From assembly GCA_023267595.1 (NCBI GenBank), contig JAHFNB010000003.1:2165-66164 (forward strand): a DNA stretch of 64,000 nucleotides, written 5' to 3'. This document shows positions 55,439 through 64,000 of the stretch, in pieces; within the stretch, counting starts at the first letter, position 1; each line of letters begins with the position of its first letter. The stretch is from a bacterium. Lineage in GTDB: Bacteria; Patescibacteriota; Minisyncoccia; Phycocordibacterales; UBA5272. The notes under the pieces are model-generated. The model was not told the origin of the DNA. It saw only the letters and a list, made by a program, of their open reading frames with translations, and did no database searches. The position numbers and the translations under genes were made by a program.

Positions 55439-56698
55439 ATGAAATCAATTCCACACGAAACAAAAGTATGGGATGTTGTTGTTATTGGTGGAGGAGCATC
55501 TGGCATGATGGCTGCTGGTCGCGCAGGGGAATTACACAAAGATGTACTTCTCCTTGAGAAAAATGATACTCTGGGTAAAAAATTACTCATCACAGGTGGT
55601 GGTAGGTGTAATGTGACAAATAATAAAAAAGATAACCGTATTTTACTTGCAAAATATAAAGGGAATGATCAGTTTTTATATTCTGCATTTACACAATGGA
55701 ATGTAAAAAATACATTAGACTTTTTTCATGTACGAGGAATGGATACAAAAGAAGAAAATGAAGGAAGAGTATTTCCATTATCTAATTCTGCACAATCAGT
55801 TTTTGATGTTCTTGTAACATATTTACAACAAGGAAACGTGACTATACAAACAGGTACACTAGTATCTGGAATATCAATCAATAAAAAAACAGGGGATTTT
55901 GACATAAAAACAAAATTACACGGCACTATACATACAAAGAAATGTATTATCGCAACTGGTGGAACATCTCGCCCAGAAACTGGATCTACAGGAGATGGTT
56001 TTAAATGGCTTTCTAAATTAGGTCACACAATTACAACACCAGAAGCATCACTTGTTCCAATCGCACTTACTGATACTTGGACGAAAAAAGTAAGTGGACT
56101 AACATTACCTGATATCAAATTGACAACGTATCAAAATAATCAAAAACAAGAATCTCACAAGGGGAAAATTTTATTCACACACGTAGGTATTAGTGGTCCA
56201 ACAGTTCTTGCAATGAGTAAAGAGGTTGGTGAATTATTAAAATATGGGACAGTAAGTATTATACTTGATCTATTTCCACATCTTGATATTCCAGCACTCA
56301 AGCAACAACTACAAAGAATACTTGTTGAACAAAGTAATAAAAAATTAAAAAATGCACTTAGTATATTAATTCCTGCATCACTTGTATCACCATTACTGGA
56401 ACAAGCACATATTGAAAGAGAAACTTTCTGTCATAGTGTAAGTAGCGAAGATAGAATAAAACTCACAGACTTTTTAAAAACTATTCCACTTCATGTAAAA
56501 AATCTATTGAGTGAAGATAAGGCTATTATTTCATCTGGTGGTGTAAATCTTAAAGAAATTAACTTCAAAACTATGGAATCACGTCTTGTACCTAATCTGT
56601 ATGTTACTGGAGATGTACTTAATATAGATAGACCGTCTGGCGGTTATAGTTTGCAATTATGTTGGACAACAGGATTTGTGGCAGGAAGCAATTGCTAG
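55439..56698 (+). CDS. HI0933/YhiN-family flavoprotein
   Basis: IGGGASGMMAA, GKKLLITGGGRCNVTN, GRVFP, ATGG..TGSTGDG, LFTH.GISGP and GGYSLQ motifs. Confidence 0.9.
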   Translation: MKSIPHETKVWDVVVIGGGASGMMAAGRAGELHKDVLLLEKNDTLGKKLLITGGGRCNVTNNKKDNRILLAKYKGNDQFLYSAFTQWNVKNTLDFFHVRGMDTKEENEGRVFPLSNSAQSVFDVLVTYLQQGNVTIQTGTLVSGISINKKTGDFDIKTKLHGTIHTKKCIIATGGTSRPETGSTGDGFKWLSKLGHTITTPEASLVPIALTDTWTKKVSGLTLPDIKLTTYQNNQKQESHKGKILFTHVGISGPTVLAMSKEVGELLKYGTVSIILDLFPHLDIPALKQQLQRILVEQSNKKLKNALSILIPASLVSPLLEQAHIERETFCHSVSSEDRIKLTDFLKTIPLHVKNLLSEDKAIISSGGVNLKEINFKTMESRLVPNLYVTGDVLNIDRPSGGYSLQLCWTTGFVAGSNC

Positions 56699-56722
56699 GT
56701 ATAGTGACTTTTTTATCAAAGA

Positions 56723-59700
56723 TTACTTTAAATCTATATACTTTTTTCCTGGGTATCTGAAGAAAAATACTGGTATCAGTATAAGTGTAAGAACCATAGC
56801 AAATGCTAATCCAAACATAATAGCAAATGCAAGTGGCCCCCATAGCGCAGAAACTCGAGCCAATGGAATCATACCTACAACAGTTGTGATAGTTGTTAAG
56901 AAGATTGGACGCAGACGAATAGCAGAAGCGTCCAGTATTACATCTCGTAGATTTTTTGCTTCATTACCATCCTCTTTCTTTTTCTTTTCTATATCTAATC
57001 TATGTAATATAGAATCTAGTAAAATAATTGCATGATTAATTATCACACCAGAAAGTGCAATAAGCCCTAACATTGATGAAAATGATAATGCTTGACCTGT
57101 TAACGTAAGACCTCCTAATACTCCAATAAGTGAAAGTGGGATAGTGAACAGGAGATAGAATGCATATCTGAATGAATTAAATTCAAGTACAAGTATTGCA
57201 AGCATTCCCGCCATTCCAGCAAGTAATGCAAGTCCCATTTCAGTGAACGTTTTGTTTATCTCTTCATTATCTCCACCATATTTAATGACAACTGATTCTG
57301 GAAGATGTAACTCATCTTCATGCTTCTTAAATTCATTTGTAATTTTAAGAGCATTTCCATCAGTAGTTAATTTACTACTTACTGTCGCAATTCTCTTTTG
57401 ATCTTCATGATTTATAACTGCACGAGATTCAGAAATTTTTGTCGTGATGACTGAACCCAATAAAATTGTCCCACTCGGAGTTACAACAGGAATTCCTTTT
57501 ATACTATCCAGTGTTGTTTTAATTGTGTCTTCTGGATTTATGAAACCAGCATTCAAATCTGCTTTTACAACTATATCAATATCTGTGCCATTTTTTTTAA
57601 TGGTAGTTGCTGTTACCCCAGAAACTGCAGTGCGCAGTAAAGAAGCAACAGAAGAAGCAGATAAACCAACTTGAGTTGCTTTGATACGATCAATTCCTAT
57701 TTCAAATTGTGTCCCATCATCTTTTAATGAAGTCGTAACATCTTGAGTCCCAGAAATAGAGGAGAGAATTATCTCTGCTTTATTTACAGCATCTCCTAAC
57801 TCTTCTAGATTATCTCCAGAAAAATTTATAACAACAGGATCACCACTAGGTGGTCCATTATTCCCTTGATCGACTTTTACATCTGCTGATATAACAGGGG
57901 AGAGTTCATTACGAATTTTTCCAACTATTTCAGTTGAAGTTAATTTACGATTCTTTGGTAGAATAACGGTAATATTTGCCAATTTAGACCCAGATCCACC
58001 GCCTGAACCAGACAAAGCAGAAGATGCTCCAACAGTCGTTACAAATGATTCAACGTAAGGCGAGTTGTATAAGATTTCTTCTACTTCACGCACGGATAGA
58101 TCTGTTTTTGTTAATGGAGTTCCTTGTGGACGTTCAATAGAAATAAATACATAATCTTGATCATCTTGTGGAAAAAATGAAACATTGAGTAATCCTGTTA
58201 TTGGGAGTGAGATTGCAATAACAAATCCTATTCCAAGTGTCCAAAAAAATCTCTTTTGAGATTTTGCACTATTTAAAATACCTCCCAAAAATCCTTTGTA
58301 CCATTCTTGAATCTTATGTGACCATTCTTCTTGCATATCCTCAAACTTATTCTTATGTTCTTTTGTTAAAAGAATTGCAAGTAATGGAACAAACCCTAGA
58401 GCAACCACAATAGATGCCATCAAAACAAAAATAATCGTAAATGGAATTGAAGAAATAAATTTACCAACAATTCCAGAAAGGAAAAAGAGTGGGGCAAACA
58501 CAGCCACAGTTGTCATAGTTCCAGCAATTAATGGCCAAGCATACTCTTTTATAGATGCAATGGCTGCACTTTCTGCACTTCCATATATTTTTATACGCGT
58601 GTGTATGGCTTCAGCTACCACAATACCAGAATCCACCAGAATTCCAATAGCAAGAATAAGCGAAAACAATGACATGAAGTTAATCGTATTCCCAGATAGA
58701 TACAGTCCTGTGAAGGCTATCACAAAAGAAAGTGGAATAGACAATCCTGCAACAAGAGACTCACGCCATCCAATAGTTAGAAAAAGCATGAGCATCACAA
58801 GAGCCACAGTTTCTAGACCTGTTTCTGTTAAGTTAGTTAAATCTTTTTTTACTAACTCTCCAGTATCGAGCGAAACTACTACTTGCGCACCAGATAATTT
58901 AGTAGTCTTTAATTCATCTATCTTGTCCCGAGCCGCCTTAGCAATCTTTGTCACATCTCCACCTGATTTTTTATAAATATTTAAAGTAAGTGCATTTTCT
59001 GAAGGTGCACCATTTACTGATATACGTGAAAAAGTAGAAGGTGGAGCAAGTCCATCAGCAATAAATGCAACATCACGCAAATAAACTGGCACTCCACTTG
59101 CTGATTGAATTGTAATATCTGGAACTTCTATCGCATCTTCAATTGATCCAGCAAATTTAATTGGATAATCTATATCAGATACTGTTATATTCCCAATCGG
59201 AAAAGAAGCATTTGCTCCTTGAATTGCTCCTATCACTTGATTTAAAGAAAGACCATAATTAACTAATTGCTCTTTTCTAACCACTACTTGTATCTGTCTT
59301 TCACGAGTTCCTGAAATTTCCACCTTTGAAACTCCATCAACTTTTTTTAATTCTTTTTTCAAATCTTCACCCAAAGCCGTAAGCCCAGCCGGAGACAAGT
59401 CTTGAGAAATGGAAAGTATAAGCATCGGTTGATCTGCAAAGTTTATTTTTGTAACTATTGGATCTGTTGCATCAGCCGGTAAATCTCCTTTTACTCGATC
59501 AACAGCATCTTTTAAATCCTGAATAGACTTTTCTATATTTGCACTTGCGTTAAATTGAGCAGTAATAACAGAAACTCCTTCACGAGATGAAGAGGTTACC
59601 TTATCTATATTTTCAACATTTGCAATTTCACCTTCTAACTTATCTGTTATAAGTTTTTCAGTATCAGAAGCAGAGGCTCCGCGAAGCACCGTAGAGACTA

Positions 59701-59839
59701 TTCCCATAGGAATAATGACCTCAGGTGCTGATTCTTTTGGAATAGAGACGAGAGAATAAGTACCCATTAAAATGAGTATAGTCATGAGCAAATAAGTAAA
59801 TGCTCGTTTCTTTAGAAAAAATGTCCAGAGTGAGTACAT
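56723..59839 (-). CDS. RND (AcrB/AcrD/AcrF family) permease
   Basis: 1038 aa; GILVDSGIVVAE, GVIINHAIILLD and RLRPIFLTT motifs. Confidence 0.93.
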   Translation of the reverse strand: MYSLWTFFLKKRAFTYLLMTILILMGTYSLVSIPKESAPEVIIPMGIVSTVLRGASASDTEKLITDKLEGEIANVENIDKVTSSSREGVSVITAQFNASANIEKSIQDLKDAVDRVKGDLPADATDPIVTKINFADQPMLILSISQDLSPAGLTALGEDLKKELKKVDGVSKVEISGTRERQIQVVVRKEQLVNYGLSLNQVIGAIQGANASFPIGNITVSDIDYPIKFAGSIEDAIEVPDITIQSASGVPVYLRDVAFIADGLAPPSTFSRISVNGAPSENALTLNIYKKSGGDVTKIAKAARDKIDELKTTKLSGAQVVVSLDTGELVKKDLTNLTETGLETVALVMLMLFLTIGWRESLVAGLSIPLSFVIAFTGLYLSGNTINFMSLFSLILAIGILVDSGIVVAEAIHTRIKIYGSAESAAIASIKEYAWPLIAGTMTTVAVFAPLFFLSGIVGKFISSIPFTIIFVLMASIVVALGFVPLLAILLTKEHKNKFEDMQEEWSHKIQEWYKGFLGGILNSAKSQKRFFWTLGIGFVIAISLPITGLLNVSFFPQDDQDYVFISIERPQGTPLTKTDLSVREVEEILYNSPYVESFVTTVGASSALSGSGGGSGSKLANITVILPKNRKLTSTEIVGKIRNELSPVISADVKVDQGNNGPPSGDPVVINFSGDNLEELGDAVNKAEIILSSISGTQDVTTSLKDDGTQFEIGIDRIKATQVGLSASSVASLLRTAVSGVTATTIKKNGTDIDIVVKADLNAGFINPEDTIKTTLDSIKGIPVVTPSGTILLGSVITTKISESRAVINHEDQKRIATVSSKLTTDGNALKITNEFKKHEDELHLPESVVIKYGGDNEEINKTFTEMGLALLAGMAGMLAILVLEFNSFRYAFYLLFTIPLSLIGVLGGLTLTGQALSFSSMLGLIALSGVIINHAIILLDSILHRLDIEKKKKEDGNEAKNLRDVILDASAIRLRPIFLTTITTVVGMIPLARVSALWGPLAFAIMFGLAFAMVLTLILIPVFFFRYPGKKYIDLK

Positions 59840-59867
59840 AAAGATAGTTATGATAAATACATACTAA

Positions 59868-61481
59868 TTACTGAGTAATCTTTACGATGGCACCATCTTT
59901 TAATCCACGTGCATCAGTTACTATTGATTCAGATCCATTCAATCCAGAAAGAATCTGTATTTCTTCGCCCAAAATTGCACCTTCTGTCACTTTAATAGAA
60001 ATAAGTGAACTTGTAGAACTTACTGTAAATACATATGCTCCATTTGGTGTAAGTTTCAATGCTGACAGGGGAATCTTTATTGGACCAGATGTCGACGTTA
60101 TTTTTGTGACTGTTTTACTAACATCCACTCGTACTGATTGACCGTTTATAAGCCTAGAAGATGTATCTGTAATACCAATACGAACTTCTATTTTCTTTGT
60201 ACGAGGATCAATTGCTGAAGCAATACGAGTCACCAGACCTTTAACATTTGAATCAATTATCACAGGACTATTAACCGTGATACGTTTTGCATCATCTTCA
60301 GTAACATAAGCAACTATTTCTAGTGATCCATTATTAGAAACAACTGCAACTTCTGTAAAAGCAGAAACGAAATCTCCGGTTTCAATAGATAGGGAGTTAA
60401 GTGTTCCATTTATTGGACTTCTAACTACGGTTTTTTCAAGTCTAGAGATTGCAGCATTATAAGCACCTTGAGCCTGTTTCACTTGAGCATCTGCTGTAGT
60501 CACATTTGTATCAATATCACCCGAAGTTTTACCAGCAACGGCTTGTGCTGCCAAACTTGCGTTAAGTGTAGTCTTTGCGCTAACAATTGCAGAAATAGTG
60601 CTTGAAATAGTCCCACGAGCAATACTCACATTTGCAATTCCTACCGATATCACACTCGTCGAATAATTATTATCTGGTATTGCTTTTGAATATGCGGTTG
60701 CTAAATCATCCAAATAAGTCTTAATTATCTGTGCATCAGTTTGTATAGAATTTAATTCAGAAATCAAATCACTATCTGTAGTTAAGGTACTGTTTTCTAA
60801 TTGTCTTGCAGTAAGCATTGTTTCTATTTTCTTACGACGAGCCTCTAGAGAAAGAGTGAGATTAGCATCGGGGACAGACATACTGAATTTAACATCTTGA
60901 TTACGAGGATTTGTATATACTGCATCTGTTTTAACATGAATAATATCATCCATGTTAACAAATGCGCTTGAAATAGTATTGAGTGCATTTGTCTTAGAAT
61001 CAGAAAGAGAAGAATTTGTTGTTCTACTATTTATACGAGCAATATCACGTGCTACTTTTGCTGCATCGTAAGATCCTTCTGCTTGCAATACTGCAGCCTT
61101 TTCACTTGAGTTTTCAAACTCTGCAATCACTTGTCCTGCCTCAACATAATCACCAAGTTTTTTATAAACTCGAGTCAATTTACCAGAAGTTTCAGAACGA
61201 ATAGTTGCTTCACTTACGGAAGTAACAGTACCAAGAAGAGGAAGAGGTGAGTCGTTATTTGCCAAATCAGAAACCAAAGCAACTTTAACTTGACGAGGAG
61301 ACTTTGTCACCTCAGCATCTGTTTTTGCTCCACTGAAAGATCGTACACTAACTACACATACTATAACCAAAACAACAGCAATAATTATTTGCTTCCATCT
61401 AGACTGTTCTTTGTACCAAATCCATGACTGATTTTTAATATCTTTTGAGTCATTTATAATTTTTTCTAAGTGTTTATTCAT
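59868..61481 (-). CDS. Membrane fusion protein (RND adaptor) with a long coiled coil
   Basis: SETSGKL..V..LGDYV..GQ lipoyl half, RSPINGT and ILSGL motifs. Confidence 0.88.
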   Translation of the reverse strand: MNKHLEKIINDSKDIKNQSWIWYKEQSRWKQIIIAVVLVIVCVVSVRSFSGAKTDAEVTKSPRQVKVALVSDLANNDSPLPLLGTVTSVSEATIRSETSGKLTRVYKKLGDYVEAGQVIAEFENSSEKAAVLQAEGSYDAAKVARDIARINSRTTNSSLSDSKTNALNTISSAFVNMDDIIHVKTDAVYTNPRNQDVKFSMSVPDANLTLSLEARRKKIETMLTARQLENSTLTTDSDLISELNSIQTDAQIIKTYLDDLATAYSKAIPDNNYSTSVISVGIANVSIARGTISSTISAIVSAKTTLNASLAAQAVAGKTSGDIDTNVTTADAQVKQAQGAYNAAISRLEKTVVRSPINGTLNSLSIETGDFVSAFTEVAVVSNNGSLEIVAYVTEDDAKRITVNSPVIIDSNVKGLVTRIASAIDPRTKKIEVRIGITDTSSRLINGQSVRVDVSKTVTKITSTSGPIKIPLSALKLTPNGAYVFTVSSTSSLISIKVTEGAILGEEIQILSGLNGSESIVTDARGLKDGAIVKITQ

Positions 61482-61502
61482 ATATTTTTTATAAATTATT
61501 TT

Positions 61503-61982
61503 TTACTTCTTGGTAAGAAGGTTGGATAATACTTGATCAAAATTCTTTGTAATACTTTTTCGATCCTTTTCTTTTATAACTGAAAATATTGCTTGTAATT
61601 CTTTATCTATAATAGTACGAGCAGAATCAAATGACTTAGTACCTTTGGTGGTCACCTTGATGATATGCTTACGACGATTTTTCTTATCTTCTGTACGAGA
61701 AAGTAAACCCATCTTTACTAATGTTGATATATGGCGACTAACTGTTGCTTCTGTTAAATATAATTGTTCTGCTATAGCCGACTGAGAAACAGGTCCAGAA
61801 TTTGAACAATGAAACCCTACAAGAATCATAAACTGAGAGAAGGATATAGATTTTGACTTAAGAAGGGCATGTTCTAAGTGTTTTTGCACAAGAAAATACA
61901 TCTGGTGTACAGAATACATGAATCCTTTTGAAAAATCATGTTTGTGATTTATATCTTTAAAATCTACACAGATTGGCTTCAT
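61503..61982 (-). CDS. MarR-family transcriptional regulator
   Basis: SQSAIAEQL..TEATVSRHI..L...GLL.R.ED..NRR..I.VT.KG; TATACT 7 nt before the ATG at 61982. Confidence 0.88.
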   Translation of the reverse strand: MKPICVDFKDINHKHDFSKGFMYSVHQMYFLVQKHLEHALLKSKSISFSQFMILVGFHCSNSGPVSQSAIAEQLYLTEATVSRHISTLVKMGLLSRTEDKKNRRKHIIKVTTKGTKSFDSARTIIDKELQAIFSVIKEKDRKSITKNFDQVLSNLLTKK

Positions 61983-62279
61983 TTGTGCTAGTATACCATG
62001 CAAGTGGAACTATTAGCAAACTAAGTATTTAAAGAATACTCCAAGTTAATCTTAAAGTATAAAGACAGGGAAATTATTTCTATATTACTTGATGCTGGGG
62101 AAGGGTGGTAACTACACTTCAATGTAAAGAAGATATGAGCATTACTATTTTACTTGCAATTTCTCCTTATTTTGTAAGGGGATTGATTATAGGGTAATGT
62201 CGCACAATATATCTTTTACGACGTATTAGGATAGGATAAGACCAGTTTAAAGACCACAAACAAATTCAGTCTAAATAAT

Positions 62280-62399
62280 CTAATTTAAAATACTTAAGAA
62301 AAGATTTGCTACGAAACTAACAAGATGACTGAGAATCCCTGCTATTGCATAGATAATGTAAAGCACTAATTGGAGGAGACTATTGATTACTGTATTCAT
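62280..62399 (-). CDS. Possible 39-aa hydrophobic peptide
   Basis: MNTVINSLLQLVLYIIYAIAGILSHLVSFVANLFLSILN, translated by hand. Confidence 0.4.
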   Translation of the reverse strand: MNTVINSLLQLVLYIIYAIAGILSHLVSFVANLFLSILN

Positions 62400-62473
62400 A
62401 TTCTAATACTACCACAATACTAGGGGGCTCTTCTCCCCTTTTATTCTAGATAAATAAAAAGAAAGACAGGTAA

Positions 62474-62575
62474 TTATTTAATCTTTGTAAAAACAATCCA
62501 TGCACCGACAACAATACCGGTAAGTAAGATTGCAAAAATAACAAGCGCAAATGCTGGGACAGTAAATGATATCAT
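62474..62575 (-). CDS. Possible 33-aa single-TM peptide
   Basis: MISFTVPAFALVIFAILLTGIVVGAWIVFTKIK; TATACT just upstream. Confidence 0.45.
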   Translation of the reverse strand: MISFTVPAFALVIFAILLTGIVVGAWIVFTKIK

Positions 62576-62602
62576 AATAGTATAAGTATACCTCTTATTT
62601 GA

Positions 62603-63886
62603 TTACAAGTAACTAAGCGGATTAAGGTACCCATCACGTGGTGCAAGTGGCATAATCATATATGTACCACAAACTTTACTCTTATATTCTGTCGGACCTG
62701 ATATATGTACTGCATCTGAGGCATATACCGTAAAATGAAGGTGTGGCCCAGTACTGTATCCCGTGTTTCCTGATAATCCAATTTTTTGACCAGACACTAC
62801 CTGTTGACCTGCAACCACTTGTATTACTGATAAATGTGCATAGAGTGTAGTTAGACCATTCATATGACGAATAAGTATCCACTTGCCGTATGACACACCA
62901 CTACACGCAGTATCAGTATTCCCAGTTCCAATGACAGTTCCTGCGCCTGCAGATAAAATTGATGACCCGACCTTTACTCCAAAATCTATCCCATTATGTC
63001 CTGATCCGTTATACACTTGAGGATTTTTACTTGCAAACGGAGTATTTCCAAAATACTGGGTAATTAAAATATTTTCAACAGGGTATTGAAGAACTCCCTT
63101 TCCATATTTTGGAAGTTTACTAGCATCTACTATAACCTTTAATCGTGATTCAACATCAAGCATTTCGACTTCTAACTCCCCTTTCTTCCTCTTTCTATCT
63201 GCTAATAGTTGTTGGTACTCACTTTCTTTATTCTTTGTCTGAACAAGAAGTGTATTTTTTTCTTTACTAGTTTGTTCAACAAGAATTTTTTGGTCAGTAA
63301 GTGTTGCATTAAGTGATTCTAATTTTTGCTTGTTTGTTTCATATGTTTTCTTTTGATCACTCAATGTTTGTTTAATATCTGATAATTCTTGTACTTTTTC
63401 ATTAACAGCATGAGAAATATCTGTTCCACGTTTAATAGTATCTATCGTATCTGATAAATGAGAGCCATCACTAAGAGCAGCAACAAAAGGAGGAACAATT
63501 TGTTCAGAATGAACAAGTGCTCGCAACATTTCTGCAAGGGCTTCTTTATTTTTACTAAGTGTTGTTTGTGTAACTACTATTTTCCCTTGTGTATCAACAA
63601 TGTTCTTCTGTGCTTCAGTTATACGCAGACGTGTACGATCTATTTCTTTTGCAAGAAGTAAACGACGTGCTTCAAGATTAGCAAGTGCTTGTTTCAATGT
63701 CTTTGCTTCCCCTTGAGTCTTTCCTATTTTGTCATTATATTCTTTAATTTCTCTATCAAGGGCTTCTATTTTTGCAGACAGAGAATCTAAACTTGACTGC
63801 AACTCATCTGCTGTCTCTCCAGATACATGGAGTGGCATTATAACAAGGAAGAAAATAAAAAATAAAGTACAAAAATATCGAGACAT
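62603..63886 (-). CDS. Coiled-coil M23 peptidase (EnvC/MepM-like)
   Basis: Signal peptide, long coiled coil, HNGID, LYAHLS and GPHLHF motifs. Confidence 0.9.
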   Translation of the reverse strand: MSRYFCTLFFIFFLVIMPLHVSGETADELQSSLDSLSAKIEALDREIKEYNDKIGKTQGEAKTLKQALANLEARRLLLAKEIDRTRLRITEAQKNIVDTQGKIVVTQTTLSKNKEALAEMLRALVHSEQIVPPFVAALSDGSHLSDTIDTIKRGTDISHAVNEKVQELSDIKQTLSDQKKTYETNKQKLESLNATLTDQKILVEQTSKEKNTLLVQTKNKESEYQQLLADRKRKKGELEVEMLDVESRLKVIVDASKLPKYGKGVLQYPVENILITQYFGNTPFASKNPQVYNGSGHNGIDFGVKVGSSILSAGAGTVIGTGNTDTACSGVSYGKWILIRHMNGLTTLYAHLSVIQVVAGQQVVSGQKIGLSGNTGYSTGPHLHFTVYASDAVHISGPTEYKSKVCGTYMIMPLAPRDGYLNPLSYL

Positions 63887-63896
63887 ATATTAAAAA

Positions 63897-64000
63897 CTAT
63901 GGATCTATTTTTTTACATACACGTGTAATGCGATTATATACTTCATCTTTTCCTAAAATATAACAAATAGTGAACGGATCGACTGATTTTTCTTGGCCAG
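63897..64000 (-). CDS. gltX: 3' end of a probable glutamyl-tRNA synthetase (partial)
   Basis: GQEKSVDPFTICYILGKDEVYNRITRVCKKIDP* resembles the end of the GluRS anticodon-binding domain; only 33 aa are visible. Confidence 0.5.
   Translation of the reverse strand, partial: GQEKSVDPFTICYILGKDEVYNRITRVCKKIDP

Noticed and set aside
1-64000. CRISPR array or cas operon (prompted by the Cas4-like gene at 49847 and the 30-bp repeats at 31274 and 31793)
   Set aside because: There are only two repeat copies, about 520 bp apart, and no cas1/cas2. The nuclease sits in a DNA-repair context.
1-64000. Alternative genetic code (UGA = Gly, as in Gracilibacteria/SR1)
   Set aside because: Core genes are full length under code 11, and dus and rplI end in TGA.

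Overview
AT-rich bacterial chromosome segment read with the standard genetic code (TGA is used as a stop). The gene content points to a Patescibacteria/CPR genome, most likely Parcubacteria; this is an inference. Housekeeping genes: serS, cysS, a probable gltX C-terminus, dus, a minimal dnaX, recR, dnaB, rmuC, rplU, rplI, rpmA, rlmB, lexA, a UvrD-nuclease fusion plus a Cas4/AddB-like nuclease, S41 and M23 peptidases, and MarR-MFP-RND. There are two tRNAs, Ala(UGC) and Gln(UUG). The first 10 kb is a surface-protein locus: a giant beta-propeller adhesin with an intramolecular-chaperone-like domain, an FN3-polyGly-dockerin protein, two cohesin-like proteins and a class A beta-lactamase-like protein. 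Most notable observations: (1) tRNA-Gln is flanked on both sides by fragments of itself interleaved with hairpins. It is followed by an island with two 30-bp att-like repeats, a SIR2-like gene and small membrane genes, and no integrase is present in the window. (2) About ten orphan genes sit singly between core genes, mostly with a TTGACA-type promoter, a Shine-Dalgarno site and a terminator, whereas core genes look leaderless. (3) Two unannotated structured RNAs have their own promoter and terminator. (4) A 19-aa basic peptide gene has its own promoter and terminator. (5) An alternative oxidase is present in a presumed non-respiring lineage. (6) A perfect palindromic GAAC-N4-GTTC operator lies in the lexA promoter. 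All family calls come from motif recognition by eye; no searches were run.
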